From assembly GCA_950097015.1 (NCBI GenBank), contig CATNEN010000001.1:10292001-10356000 (forward strand): 64,000 bases of DNA. The letters are read 5' to 3'. The translations under genes were made by a program, and so were the position numbers. This DNA is from Macrostomum hystrix (taxonomy: Eukaryota > Animalia > Platyhelminthes). Positions 12,676-26,100 of this stretch are shown one piece after another (within the stretch, counting starts at the first letter, position 1; every line of letters begins with the position of its first letter). The notes beneath the pieces are model-generated. The model saw only the letters and a program-made list of their open reading frames with translations, did not search any database and was not told the DNA's origin.

Positions 12676-13400
12676 GAGTCAATCCCTGAGTCAATGTCCC
12701 AAATGCCGATAACCATAACTTACGTAATCTATTTTTTAATTAATTTTTTACTATTCAGACTAGTCAATGCAAGAGTTAAATTTATTAAAAAAACATTGCA
12801 AGTAAGAAATTCAAAATTGAATAACTTTTGATAGTCCAAGTCTTTGTTTTACTCAATACTGTATTTGCTTATCCTACAGCTTACAGACTGCACAACGAAA
12901 GTTTTATTATTGCAATGCGATCAAAATAACACACTATTTCTTATTTTTGTAATAAAAAGTCTGTGATTCACTTGCTTTCTTTTTCATATTCTTGTCTTTG
13001 ATTGAGTGTATCATTTCTGTCAGTTTTTTTAGATACTTTTTCGAATCTTATCACTCTACTTGTTAGTAAGCTGTCGAGCATTTTTTGTTTTGTTTTGTTT
13101 AAAATCTCACTGTAACGTTATGTCTATAATTTTTGTTAGAAATTATACTATTTACTTTTGCGTTGCTTTAATTGAATTTTCTATTGTTCGTTTAACAACT
13201 TTTCCGACTTATAAATTTTTAATCCACTATTCTTATCTATATTTCCCATGTCTCCTTCCTAATATCCTATTTTCACACGTGATTATCAATATCCTCATTC
13301 TTATCTTTTAGTTGTAGATATCATAGCCTCACCTCTAAATGCTCAAGTCACGCTCATGCCACTTCTGATCCCATATGATCCCGTTTATTAACCAAAGCAA

Positions 13401-13872
13401 GAATTTCTCCCTCCCCTGAAAATTATTTGGCGGCGCCCGAATGCTGACAGCGTTGGGTGGTGACCGATTGGTTGACGGACTAGGCTATGTTGTCCTGTCG
13501 TTTGATCAGTTAAATTGAAGAAATTCGCGTCAGGGTGTCCATAGTGGCCTAGTTCCACCAGTTGCAGCCCTTGAAGGCCCAACAGTCCGTCTAGATAAAG
13601 ACAGGTGACCACCGAAGACGGAGATGATGCAGGCAAGGCCGCACTGAGGCGCAGTGCTAATTCGTGTATAGGGGTGCATGAAACACACTAGCTCTTATGG
13701 GAAAAATCCGACATTCGACCAGAACCATTGAATATCTCGACGATCTGAAGAGCTGGCGACTTGATTCTTGTTTCAGAAGATGCGCAACAAAAATTTGGCC
13801 CGTGTTCTTCAGTTTCGTGTGCTGGTGTTGCTCCGTTCGGGTGCAGCACAAATAACTTTTAGGGGGGAATTC
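13401..13872. mobile_element. Putative non-autonomous TIR element (MITE)
   Basis: GC-richer island bounded by imperfect ~30-bp inverted repeats: CCCCTGAAAATTATTTGGCGGCGCCCGAA ... TTCGGGTGCAGCACAAATAACTTTTAGGGG. No convincing ORF. Confidence 0.55.
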
Positions 13873-14221
13873 CCACCTTGGTAGTTCTTCCGTTAACTAT
13901 TTCTTTGCTAAACCACCTACAAATCCTTAAATATCCCAATCCAAACTCTTAATCCCCAGTGTCTCATTGCCATATCTTTATCTTCATTATCTGATTGTTC
14001 TGATACTTTTCCCACTTCTAAATCCTCAAATTCCATGTCCCAACTCCTAATCCACAATGCTCCATTCCGAATTTATGATCCCTTACATCGCATTCCCTCT
14101 TCTTATTACCTAATATCTTGATCGCACTGATTAGTCTTAAATATCCCATTCCCAGTTATTTATACTCTTAATTCTACACATTTATACATACTCAATTCTC
14201 AATCCTTAATATTATATTCCT

Positions 14222-15205
14222 ACTTCTAAATCCTCAAATACCCCTTCCCCACTTCCTAATCCTCAGATATCCCTTCCCCACTTCCTAATCCTCAAATATC
14301 CCATTCCCACTTCCTAATCCTCAGATATCCCTTCCCCACTTCCTAATCCTCAAATATCCCATTCCCACTTCCTAATCCTCAGATATCCCTTCCCCACTTC
14401 CTAATCCTCAGATATCCCTTCCCCACTTCCTAATCCTCAAATATCCCATTCCCACTTCCTAATCCTCAGATATCCCTTCCCCACTTCCTAATCCTCAAAT
14501 ATCCCATTCCCACTTCCTAATCCTCAGATATCCCTTCCCCACTTCCTAATCCTCAGATATCCCTTCCCCACTTCCTAATCTTCAAATATCCCATTCCCAC
14601 TTCCTAATCCTCAAATATCCCATCCACACTTCCTAATCCTCAGATATCCAATTCCCACTTCCTAATCCTCATATCCCATTCACACTTCCTAATCGTCAAA
14701 TACCCCATTCCCACTTCCTAATCCTCAGATATCCCATTCCCACTTCCTAATCCTCAAATATCCCATTCCCACTTCCTAATCCTCAGATATCCCTTCCCCA
14801 CTTCCTAATCCTCAAATATCCCATTCCCACTTCCTAATCCTCAGATATCCCTTCCCCACTTCCTAATCCTCAGATATCCCTTCCCCACTTCCTAATCTTC
14901 AGATATTCAATTCACACTTCCTAATCCTCAGATATCCCTTCCCCACTTCCTAATCCTCAGATATCCCTTCCCCACTTCCTAATCTTCAGATATTCAGTTC
15001 ACACTTCCTAATCCTCAAATATCCCATTCCCACTTCCTAATCCTCAAATATCCCATCCCACTTCCTAATCCTCAGATATTCAATTCACACTTCCTAATCC
15101 TCAGATATCCCATCCCCACTTCCTAATCCTCAGATATCCCATCCACACTTCCTAATCCTCAAATATCCCATTCCCACTTCCTAATCCTCAAATATCCCAT
15201 TCCCA
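14222..15205. repeat. 29-bp minisatellite (CTTCCTAATCCTCAGATATCCCTTCCCCA)n
   Basis: About 33 tandem units ending ~60 bp before the FBXO7 acceptor. Confidence 0.95.
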
Positions 15206-15269
15206 GTAGTAGTTTATACTTCTATATTTACTCTCTGCTAAAACCTCATACTGTTTAATCTCTCAGCGA

Positions 15270-18200
15270 ATGATGAAGCTTCGTTGCAAGCTGCGAGACG
15301 CCTCCAACACCAGCCAAATTGTTGGCTCGCAAACTGTGCAATTGTCCGACACGGCTAGCCTTAAGGATCTACTTTGCGCCGTTGCGGCACTGTACGGATT
15401 AACGCCAGCCGAAATTGAAATCAGCCAAAACGGACGCGACCCACTGACCGCGGCTCCCGACTCCACCGCCGAGATTGTCAGCGTTAGAAGCCTCGGCTTG
15501 GTGCCCGGCGATCTTATCTACATTCACTGCTTGACTACTTCTAGTGAGTAGTGTTGTTGTAGTGGCTAAATATGATTGCTTGCCTAAAATAGCCTGAGAT
15601 CAGACAAAAGCAAGATGTTATGGGAGTGATACGACTATGGAGAGATAAGAGACGGGAGATATAAGACATAAGTGAGATGCGACAGAGATAAGACACAGGA
15701 GAGAAAATACGGGAGAGATGAGACAGGTGAGATGAGACACGGTAGAGATGAGACACAGTAGAGATGAGACGCGGAAGAGATGAGACAGGGGAGAGATGAG
15801 ACGCGGAAGAGATGAGACAGGGGAGATGAGGCATGGGAAACTTGAGGTAAAAAAATGTGCCGGGCTGAAATAGAGCTGATCGGGCCTAGTGTCAGTATCT
15901 CCTCTCTGTGTCCAATACTTAAACAGAGCCACAAGTGTCACCGTCTTCAAAGGCATCGCCAGAAGCAGCAGCAGCAGCGCCCGCACCTGCAGCAGCAGTT
16001 GTGGTGCCAATTTTAGTCGGCGAAGTGCCCGACCGTGGCATTCGCCAGCTGTGTCCATCCCTGCAGCTGATGCAGCGACTGTACAACAGTTCCAACGATC
16101 AGCTGCTTCAATTCACCCTAGCCATTCATTGCCTGATGGTTGAAACTGGATTTCTATCCATTGAACCCGGCACTGGCCGAACACACCAGGAGATCCTGGC
16201 TTCCGATGTTGATCCCGCTGTGCTGGCCAATCGAGTTCTGACTCGCTATCTACTACCGAGAGATTTCAGTTCGGAATCTGCCACTGACAGAGTGTCTTAC
16301 ACTATCAACTATAGCTATTCCTTGACGCATGTTAATGGCAACGAATGGTTGCGCCAGTCTCCGCGCATCCGACTCAAAGTACTTCGGTCTGGCAAGCTGG
16401 CTATGTGTCATTGCGCCGTCTGGCGTCCTGGCAGCGAGGAAGCCGCTATGCTGTGCTGCCACTCTTGGCATTGCAATCTGAATAGATTTGTGCCTAACAG
16501 AGCTAGGAAATCTTCCAGCACGGCTGCTGCTGCTGCTGCTGGAGGCTACGAAAGTTTGCGACAACTGTCCGTTCTATTCAAAGATTCTGTGAGTTCTATA
16601 TTACTACTACTATGATCAAGCTTTTATAGTAGTATATGTGATATTTCACACGCGAGATAGCAATGAAATCCAAAAAAAAAATTATGCATTTATTTAGTGG
16701 AGGTCGGTGGCAGAGCGATTAACGCGTTTGCCTCTCGCACCAAAGTCCCTGAGCTCGATTCCGCGGCGAGGCCACATTTATTTCCCGCTAAAAAATAGGG
16801 ATGTTTCTTTGGGTGATTCCAGTTGGAATCTGCGGTGTTTCCACAAAAAGAAACAGCCGAACGCTGGAAACATACCAATCGGATGATTACATGCTTAGAA
16901 TCTACCCAACTGGGCGTTTTCTCGGTGCTTCTTGGTGGCGAAATGGAATCACCCAAAGAATCCTCCAGTTCGGAAGATTCGATGCTCAGAAACCGCCGAG
17001 GAATCGCCCGTAAATAATTCTCTGGTTGTCCCATGGGCCACTGGTTCGGGTGATTCTTCGGCGGTTTCCGCACAATTTACGGTTACATCGGCTGCTTCCT
17101 GGGTGGTTTCTTTAACTCTTGCTAGATAGGGAGGATTTAGGGAGGCTAGAATAGGGAGGCTAGATAGGGTAGATTCCACTCCTATTTTGCACAAAAAACC
17201 CGCCGAAGAAGCAGCCGAATTTTTTACAGGGTTAGGGCTCAAAGGGAAGGCTTGGGGGCTTGTCGTGCCATTCACGCCCTTAAGGGACGATGAGAAAGTC
17301 AGGCAGATGTACACACCTGTGTGAGTTTGTGCTCAGGAGTCAGCGAAATGGGCAGAATTGCCTTCTCGCTGGCTGGGGGTCTAGTGTCACCAAATGATGT
17401 GCCATTGCCCGCAGCCCTCCTGCAATTGTTATTATTACTATGCATTCATCATTGTGTATAGATACTGATGTCCATTGTTTAAACAAATAAGACTTGTACT
17501 TGTGACTTGTGACTTGTACTCAAATAATTAAAATGCATGCTGCTTTGACACAGTTTTTACCATAGACAGTGAGTAGAGGTAGAGGCTCTTTGGATTTTTT
17601 TATTCAAGTGGAGGAATAAAATATATCTGTCCCTATTTAATAGTACACTTGTAATATATAATAATAATATTCCATTGACTGGGGGAACGCCACACTAACC
17701 CTGAATTAGCCCACCCATTTAAAAACTAGTTGCACCGTAACAAGTTCCAGCGGACTCAAGAATCGAACCCCTGACCTTCAATTCTGAACCCTAAACTGTA
17801 CAGATAGCCGAGAGGGCCAAAGCTGCCATTCACGAAATCTGCGGCCTGCCATTGCTTGGCCTGACTGGCCTTCCCACCGAGCTGGTGCTGCGCATAATGC
17901 GATCCTGTCACAATGCCCGAACTGTCTGCTCACTGGGCGCCGCCTGTAGAAGATTGCAGATGCTGCACTCGGATAATTACATCTGGAGATCCATGCTGGT
18001 CAGGGACTATGGCACCGGCTCCGAGCGGGTGGCCCAGTATCTGGATGCCGAGCGACAGGTGCGAATTCAATATCTAGATCCCACCCGTCACACTATTTAT
18101 ATTATAGATCCCACTCAACTTTACCCCGTTCAACTAGATCCTATTCAACCAGATCCTATTCAGCAAGATCCTGTTCAACTAGATCCCACCCATCCCAATA

Positions 18201-19783
18201 TTTAGATCCCACTCAACTAGATCCCATTCAGCAAGATCCCACCCATCCCAATATTTAGATCCCACTCAACTAGATCCCACCCATCCCAATATTTAGATCC
18301 CACTCAACTAGATCCCATTCAACTAGATCCCACTCAACTAGATCCCATTCAACTAGATCCCACTCAACTAGATCCCATTCAACTAGATACTATTCAACTA
18401 GATCCCATTCAACTAGATCCCATTCAACTAGATACTATTCAACTAGATCCGACTCAACTAGATCCCATTCAACTAGATACTATTCAACTAGATCCCACTC
18501 AACTAGATCCCATTCAACTAGATACTATTCAACTAGATCCCACTCAACTAGATCCCATTCAACTAGATCCCATTCAACTAGATCCCACCCATCCCAATAT
18601 TTAGATCCCACTCAACTAGATCCCACTCAACTAGATCCCATTCAACTAGATCCCACTCAACTAGATCCCATTCAACTAGATCCCACCCATCCCAATATTT
18701 AGATCCCACTCAACTAGATCCCACTCAACTAGATCCCACTCAACTAGATCCCATTCAACTAGATCCCACTCAACTAGATCCCATTCAACTAGATCCCACT
18801 CAACTAGATCCCATTCAACTAGATCCCATTCAACTAGATCCCATTCAACTAGATCCCACTCAACTAGATCCCACTCAACTAGATCCCATTCAACTAGATC
18901 CCACTCAACTAGATCCCACTCAACTAGATCCCACTCAACTAGATCCCATTCAACTAGATCCCACTCAACTAGATCCCACTCAACTAGATCCCACTCAACT
19001 AGATCCCATTCAACTAGATCCCACTCAACTAGATCCCATTCAACTAGATCCCACCCATCCCAATATTTAGATCCCACTCAACTAGATCCCATTTAACTAG
19101 ATCCCACTCAACTAGATCCCATTCAACTAGATCCCACCCATCCCAATATTTAGATCCCACTCAACTACTCATAGATCCCATTCAGCTAGATCCCAATCAA
19201 CTAGATCCCATTCAGCTAGATCCCATTCAACTAGATCCCAGTTAACTAGATCACACTCAACTAGATCCCATTCAGATAGATCCCATTCAACTGGATCCCA
19301 TTCAACTGGATCCCACTCAACTAGATCCCATTCAACTAGATCTCATTCAAGTAGATCCCATTCAACTAGATCATATTCAGCTAGATCCCATTCAACTGGA
19401 TCCCATTCAACTGGATCCCATTCAACTAGATCCCATTCAACTAGATCCCACTCAACTAGATCCCATTCAAATTGATCCCACTCAGCTACATCCCATTGAT
19501 TTAAAACCCACCGTGTGTCGGCACCCTCTCGCAGGGTCTGGAGGTCAATTACTACGAAGCCTACCGGGTTTTTCACGAGGAGCGGGTGAAACGTCACCGC
19601 ATGCTGGCCCGACTGACTAGTCGCGAGTTGGCCCCGCTGACTCCCTGGCAAGATATGCCCGGTGTGCTGCCGCCATTCTTTTTGGGCGCTGCGCAGCCTC
19701 CACCGCTGCTGCTGCAACCAGAACAGCCGGAGGCACCTGTTTGGCCGCGGCCGTTGCAGTATTTCGCGCCGGACGATATTTGA
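15270..19783 (+). CDS. FBXO7: F-box only protein 7-like (UBL - FP/PI31 domain - F-box - Pro-rich tail)
   Basis: Exons 15270-15543, 15927-16588, 17804-18058, 19535-19783, phases consistent. N-terminal MKLRCK...LGLVPGDLIYI (UBL), AIHCLMVETGF...LSVLFKD (FP domain), LTGLPTELVLRIM...LGAACRRL..DNYIWR (F-box), Pro-rich C-terminus. Confidence 0.85.
15650..15835. repeat. Degenerate purine-rich repeat (GAGATGAGAC..)n in FBXO7 intron 1
   Basis: Recurrent GAGATGAGAC core. Confidence 0.75.
16699..17440 (+). mobile_element. tRNA-derived SINE family A, interrupted by a nested MITE
   Basis: tRNA-like head with A-box TGGCAGAGCG and B-box-like GAGCTCGATTCC. Body shared with 29967-30332. (TTA)n tail. Confidence 0.8.
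16784..17231. mobile_element. ~450-bp MITE-like element with CCC...GGG ends and nested internal hairpins
   Basis: Ends CCCGCTAAAAA / TTTTTACAGGG. Internal inverted repeats TTCTTTGGGTGATTCCA/TGGAATCACCCAAAGAA and AAACCGCCGA/TCGGCGGTTT. A second copy lies at 23390-23781. Confidence 0.75.
18104..19500. repeat. 15-bp minisatellite (CTAGATCCCATTCAA)n in FBXO7 intron 3
   Basis: Tandem copies with a recurrent longer variant. Confidence 0.95.
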
Positions 19784-19857
19784 CTATTTGAAATGGTCAA
19801 GCTGTGCCTTGGTTGCCGAGAAAGTTATAGATTTTATGTTTTAGGTTTGTAGGTTGT

Positions 19858-20650
19858 AGCTTTTAGGATTGGAAGGTAGGTTTTAGGATTGAAAGGTAGG
19901 TTTTAGGATTAAAATGTAGGTTTTAGGATTGAACGGTAGGTTTTAGGATTGGATGGTAGGTTTTAGGATTGGAAGGTCGGTTTTAGTATTTTAAGGTAGG
20001 TTTTAGGATTGGACGGTAGGTTTTAGGATTGGAAGGTAGGTTTTAGGATTGGAAGGTCGGTTTTAGGATTGGAAGGTCGGTTTTAGGATTGGAAGGTAGG
20101 TTTTAGGATTGAAAGGTAGGTTTTAGGATTGGAAGGTCGGTTTTAGTATTTTAAGGTAGGTTTTAGGATTGAACGGTAGGTTTTAGGATTGGAAGGTAGG
20201 TTTTAGGATTGGAAGGTCGGTTTTAGTATTTTAAGGTAGGTTTTAGGATTGGAAGGTAGGTTTTAGGATTGGAAGGTAGGTTTTAGGATTGGAAGGTAGG
20301 TTTTAGGATTGGAAGGTAGGTTTTAGGATTGAAAGGTAGGTTTTAGGATTGGAAGGTAGGTTTTAGGATTGGAAGGTAGGTTTTAGGATTGGAAGGTAGG
20401 TTTTAGGATTGGATGGTAGGTTTTAGGATTGGAAGGTAGGTTTTAGGATTGGAAGGTAGGTTTTAGGATTGAAAGGTAGGTTTTAGGATTGGAAGGTAGG
20501 TTTTAGGATTGGAAGGTAGGTTTTAGGATTGGAAGGTAGGTTTTAGGATTGGAAGGTAGGTTTTAGGATTGGAAGGTAGGTTTTAGGATTGGATGGTAGG
20601 TTTTAGGATTGGAAGGTAGGTTTTAGGATTGGATGGTAGGTTTTGCGATT
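19858..20650. repeat. 20-bp minisatellite (TTTTAGGATTGGAAGGTAGG)n
   Basis: About 39 tandem units. Confidence 0.95.
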
Positions 20651-20926
20651 AGGAGCTAGCTATCCTTTTCTTCATCTGTATTCATATTCGTATTTAAAGT
20701 GAGAAGTTCTCAAATCCGCCTTTGACACTAACTTTTCTAAGCTTTTTGTTGTGTTTATCTCGAAGTCATTCATTCAGCGAAGACAAATATACTCCTGCTG
20801 TACTACTTTTATCGTAGTTTCGACAGTAGCGATGCTGTATTTTTTTATTTTACCAATTTTGTCACTTGCATTCTGTACTTATTGTTATTTTGTGCTTATT
20901 GTCAGATTTTTAATTGGGAACTTTCC

Positions 20927-21455
20927 AGGATTGTAGGATTTTGTGGTAGGATTGTAGGATTTGGTGGCGGGATTGTAGGATATGGTGGCGGTATTGTAGG
21001 ATATGGTGGCGGGATTGAAGGATATGGTGGCGGGATTGAAGGATATGGTGGCGGGATTGTAGGATTTAGTGGCGGGATTGTAGGATATGGTGGAGGGATT
21101 GTAGGATATGGTGGTGGGATTGTAGGACTCGCTGGTAGGATTGTTGGATTTGCTAGCGGGATTGTAGGATTTGCTAGTGGATTGTAGGATTTGCTAGTGG
21201 GATTGTAGGATTTGCTAGTGGATTGTAGGATTTGCTAGCGGGATTGTAGGATTTGCCAGTTGATTGTAGGATTTGCTAGTGGATTGTAGGATTTGCTAGT
21301 GGGATTGTAGGATTTGCTAGTGGTATTGTAGGATTTGCTAGTGGAATTGTAGGATTTGCTAGTGGTATTGTAGGATTTGCTAGTGGGATTATTGGGTTTG
21401 CTGGCGGGATTGTAGGATTTGCTGGTGGGGTCGTAGGATTCGCTGGTAGGATTGA
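20927..21455. repeat. 20/21-bp minisatellite (GGGATTGTAGGATTTGCTAGT)n
   Basis: Tandem copies that drift in sequence along the array. Confidence 0.9.
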
Positions 21456-21568
21456 TTTTTAAATGTACTCTAGCATCAGTTATGTAGATATGTGGTGTTT
21501 CCGCCTCCCTATAGTCCATGGACTGAACTGTTGTACACAGCCTTAACATTTTTTCAGCCCAACTGACA

Positions 21569-21841
21569 ATGGCTTCGTCAGGCGCCAACCCGTCGCAGAT
21601 CATGCCGCTGGAACTGATGGACAAGTGCAACGGCTCCAGAATTCACATCAAGATGAAGAGCGACAAAGAGATAGTCGGCACCCTGCTGGGTTTTGATCCC
21701 TTTGTTAACATGGTGCTGGAGGATGTGGTTGTGTACGAGATGAGCTCACAGGGCAAGAAGGTCACCAGACTAGATGAAATACTGCTCAACGGTAACAACA
21801 TCGCCCTGATGATACCTGGCGGCGAAGGTCCCGACAATTGA
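21569..21841 (+). CDS. LSM5: U6 snRNA-associated Sm-like protein LSm5
   Basis: Single-exon 90 aa: [38 protein letters not shown]...[21 protein letters not shown]. Confidence 0.95.
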   Translation: MASSGANPSQIMPLELMDKCNGSRIHIKMKSDKEIVGTLLGFDPFVNMVLEDVVVYEMSSQGKKVTRLDEILLNGNNIALMIPGGEGPDN

Positions 21842-22169
21842 AGCCAATTTGAGTGTCAAGTTATTCTAGACTGGTTTCTATCTAGTTGCATTATGTAACA
21901 GTGCATTGTCATTTCCTGTGCTTTTTCATCTCAAATTTATATTTGTAGTTTTGGTATCTCGGTTAACAAAATTTGTAGCCGATTTAAGAATAATGTGCGT
22001 TTGTAATTGCAACAAATAAAATTTAAGCCTACTAGTGTCAGCTGGGTTTCCTATATAATACCATGCTATTTTCTCTCCGCTTTCTTCACCGTTTATAGAA
22101 TTGATTTTCTTTATTAAACACTGTTTTGTCTGTTGTGTGTCTCTGTGCTGAATGTCTGTCATTATTCTG

Positions 22170-22950
22170 TTTGTCTGTCTATCTGTCCTAGGTGTGTCTG
22201 TCTGTGCTAAGTGTGTCTGTCTGTGCTAAGTGTGTCTGTCTGTGCTAAGTGTGTCTCTGTCCTAAGTGTGTCTGTCTGTGCTAAGTGTGTCTCTGTCCTA
22301 AGTGTGTCTCTGTCCTAAGTGTGTCTGTCTGTGCTAAGTGTGTCTCTCTGTCCTATGTGTCTGTCTGTGTCCCTGGGTGTCTGTCTGTGTCCGTGGGTGT
22401 CTGTCTATGTCCTAGGGTGTCTGTGGGTGTCTGTCTGTGTCCTAGGGTGTCTGTCTGTGTCCGTGGGTGTCTGTCTGTGTCCTTGGGTGTCTGTCTGTGT
22501 CCTTGGGTGTCTGTGGGTGTCTGTGTCCGTGGGTGTCTGTGGCTGTCTGTCTGTGTCCGTGGGTGTCTGTCTGTGTCCTTGGGTGTCTGTGGGTGTCTGT
22601 CTGTGTCCGTGGGTGTCTGTCTGTGTCCTTGGGTGTCTGTCTGTGTCCTTGGGTGTCTGTGGGTGTCTGTCTGTGTCCTTGGGTGTCTGTGGGTGTCTGT
22701 CTGTGTCATTGAGTGTCTGTGGGTGTCTGTCTGTGTCCTTGGGTGTCTGTGGGTGTCTGTCTGTGTCCTTGGGTGTCTGTGGGTGTCTGTCTGTGTCATT
22801 GAGTGTCTGTGGGTGTCTGTCTGTGTCCGTCGGTGTCTGTGGCTGTCTGTCTGTGTCCTTGGGTGTCTGTCTGTGTCCGTCGGTGTCTGTGGCTGTCTGT
22901 CTGTGTCCGTCGGTGTCTGTGGCTGTCTGTCTGTGTCCGTCGGTGTCCAT
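22170..22950. repeat. GT-rich minisatellite (GGGTGTCTGTCTGTGTCC..)n
   Basis: Tandem variant units between LSM5 and TMEM65. Confidence 0.95.
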
Positions 22951-23129
22951 GTGTTTCTGTTATCTGTTATTCCCATGTGTTTCTGATAACTCCCTTTAAA
23001 AATAGAAATCGTTGCAGGAAAAGGGTTTGCTTGACACAGTCTATTTTCATAATGTATTTCTGTCACTTCAGTTTGTTCCAAACAATAACTAAGCAAGCGA
23101 AATCAATTACAGTTTATCACTGCATCGCA

Positions 23130-26100
23130 ATGCTAGCCAGTCGTCAGCGGTTGACCCGCCTATTCAGACTGATCGGGTCCTCTCCGACCTGTCAATCAAG
23201 CATTCCATCCATGATTGGTCAGTGCCGCGGCATCTCACAGACAGCGGCCTGTCAATCAGTTTTAAAACGGCCTCAGCAATGGGCCAGCAACTATGTGCGC
23301 CGGTTGAACGCTATGGAACGCCTGGAACTGTTTGCCGCTTTGCGATTCGAAGCTGAACGCAGTCATCAACCTGACGGTGAGTTTGACGACCCGCTAAAAA
23401 TAGGGATGTTTCTTTGGGTGATTCCAGTTGGAATCTGCGGTGTTTCCAGAAAAAGAAACTGCCGAACGCTGGAAACATACCAATCGGATGATTCCATGCT
23501 TAGAATCTACCCAACTGGGCGTTTTCTCGGTGCTTCTTGGTGGCGAAATGGAATCACCCAAAGAATCCTCCAATTCGGAAGATTCCTAGCTCAGAAACCG
23601 CCGAGGAATCGCCGGTAAATAATTGTCTGGTTGTCCCATGGGCCACTGGTTCGGGTGATTCTTCGGCGGTTTCCGCACAATTTACGGTTACATCGGCTGC
23701 TTCCTGGGTGGTTTCTTTAACTCTTGCGAGATAGGGGGGGATTTTGGTAGATTCCACTCCTATTTTGCACAAAAAAACCCGGCTCGAATCCTTATTTCAA
23801 TGCCTGTGCATTTCAGTGGATAATTCTATAGCTGAGGTAACAGCCGCTGCTGAGAATGCCACAAAAGGTTCTTCTATTGATACTGCGCCACCAACTAGGG
23901 ACCAACTGCGTCAAGGTTGGTTAATCTACTTAACGGACATTGATCCATGTTGACATGTGAGACTATTGCAAATTTACTTCCATTGTATCGTTAAAATTCT
24001 AGTCGTGACTTTGAGCGCGATTCCGTTTGTTGGCTTCGGTTTTTTCGATAATGCAATTATGATTATGGCGGTGAGTACATTCCTGTTAATTTAACTAGTT
24101 TCATATGAACTGTTTAGAATAAATAAATTAATAATTTAGTGCCATGATAAGGTGGCTGTATTAGAGTGACAGAACAATAATGACTGTATAGGAGTGACAG
24201 AACAATAATGACTGTATTAGAGTGACAGAACAATAATGACTGTATTAGAGTAACAGAACAATAATGACTGTATTAGAGTGACAGAACAATAATGACTGTA
24301 TTAGAGTGACAGAACAATAATGACTGTATTAGAGTGACAGAACAATAATGACTGTATTAGAGTAACAGAACAATAATGACTGTATTAGAGTGACAGAACA
24401 ATAATGACTGTATTAGAGTGACAGAACAATAATGACTGTATTAGAGTAACAGAACAATAATGACTGTATTAGAGTGACAGAACAATAATGACTGTATAGG
24501 AGTGACAGAACAATAATGACTGTATTAGAGTAACAGAACAATAATGACTGTATTAGAGTGACAGAACAATAATGACTGTATTAGAGTGACAGAACAATAA
24601 TGACTGTATTAGAGTGACAGAACAATAATGACTGTATTAGAGTGACAGAACAATAATTACTGTATAGGAGTGACAGAACAATAATGACTGTATAGGAGTG
24701 ACAGAACAATAATGACTGTATAGGAGTGACAGAACAATAATGACTGTATTAGAGTGACAGAACAATAATGACTGTATAGGAGTGACAGAACAATAATGAC
24801 TGTATTAGAGTGACAGAACAATAATGACTGTATTAGAGTGACAGAACAATAATGACTGTATTAGAGTGACAGAACAATAATGACTGTATAGGAGTGACAG
24901 AACAATAATGACTGTATTAGAGTGACAGAACAATAATGACTGTATTAGAGTGACAAAACAATAATGACTGTATAGGAGTGACAGAACAATAATGACTGTA
25001 TAGGAGTGACAGAACAATAATGACTGTATTAGAGTGACAGAACAATAATGACTGTATAGGAGTGACAGAACAATAATGACTGTATTAGAGTGACAGAACA
25101 ATAATGACTGTATTAGAGTGACAGAACAATAATGACTGTATAGGAGTGACAGAACAATAATGACTGTATTAGAGTGACAGAACAATAATGACTGTATAGG
25201 AGTGACAGAACAATAATGACTGTATTAGAGTGACAGAACAATAATGACTGTATTAGAGTGACAGAACAATAATGACTGTATTAGAGTGACAACAATAATG
25301 ACTGTATTAGAGTGACAGAACAATAATGACTGTATTAGAGTAACAGAACAATAATGACTGTATTAGAGTGACAGAACAATAATGACTGTATTAGAGTGAC
25401 AGAACAATAATGACTGTATTAGAGTAACAGAACAATAATGACTGTATTAGAGTGACAGAACAATAATGACTGTATAGGAGTGACAGAACAATAATGACTG
25501 TATTAGAGTAACAGAACAATAATGACTGTATTAGAGTGACAGAACAATAATGACTGTATTAGAGTGACAGAACAATAATGACTGTATTAGAGTGACAGAA
25601 CAATAATTACTGTATAGGAGTGACAGAACAATAATGACTGTATAGGAGTGACAGAACAATAATGACTGTATAGGAGTGACAGAACAATAATGACTGTATT
25701 AGAGTGACAGAACAATAATGACTGTATAGGAGTGACAGAACAATAATGACTGTATAGGAGTGACAGAACAATAATGATTGTATTAGAGTGACAGAACAAT
25801 AATGACTGTATTAGAGTGACAGAACAATAATGACTGTATAGGAGTGACAGAACAATAATGATTGTATTAGAGTGACAGAACAATAATGACTGTATTAGAG
25901 TGACAGAACAATAATGACTGTATAGGAGTGACAGAACAATAATTACTGAACAATTGTGACTGTATTAGAGTGACTGTGTTGGAGTGACAGAACAGTGAGT
26001 GACTATATTAGAGTCACAGAACAGTGAGTGACTAAATTAGAGTCACAGAGCAGTGAGTGACTAAATTAGAGTCACAGAACAGTGAGTGACTAAATTAGAG

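Noticed and set aside
19858-20650. Interstitial telomere
   Set aside because: TTAGG occurs only as part of a 20-bp unit, not as tandem TTAGGG.
23377-23618. MITE-derived extension of TMEM65 exon 1 as coding
   Set aside because: The consensus donor GTGAGT at 23377 joins in phase to 23817; the extension is repeat sequence.
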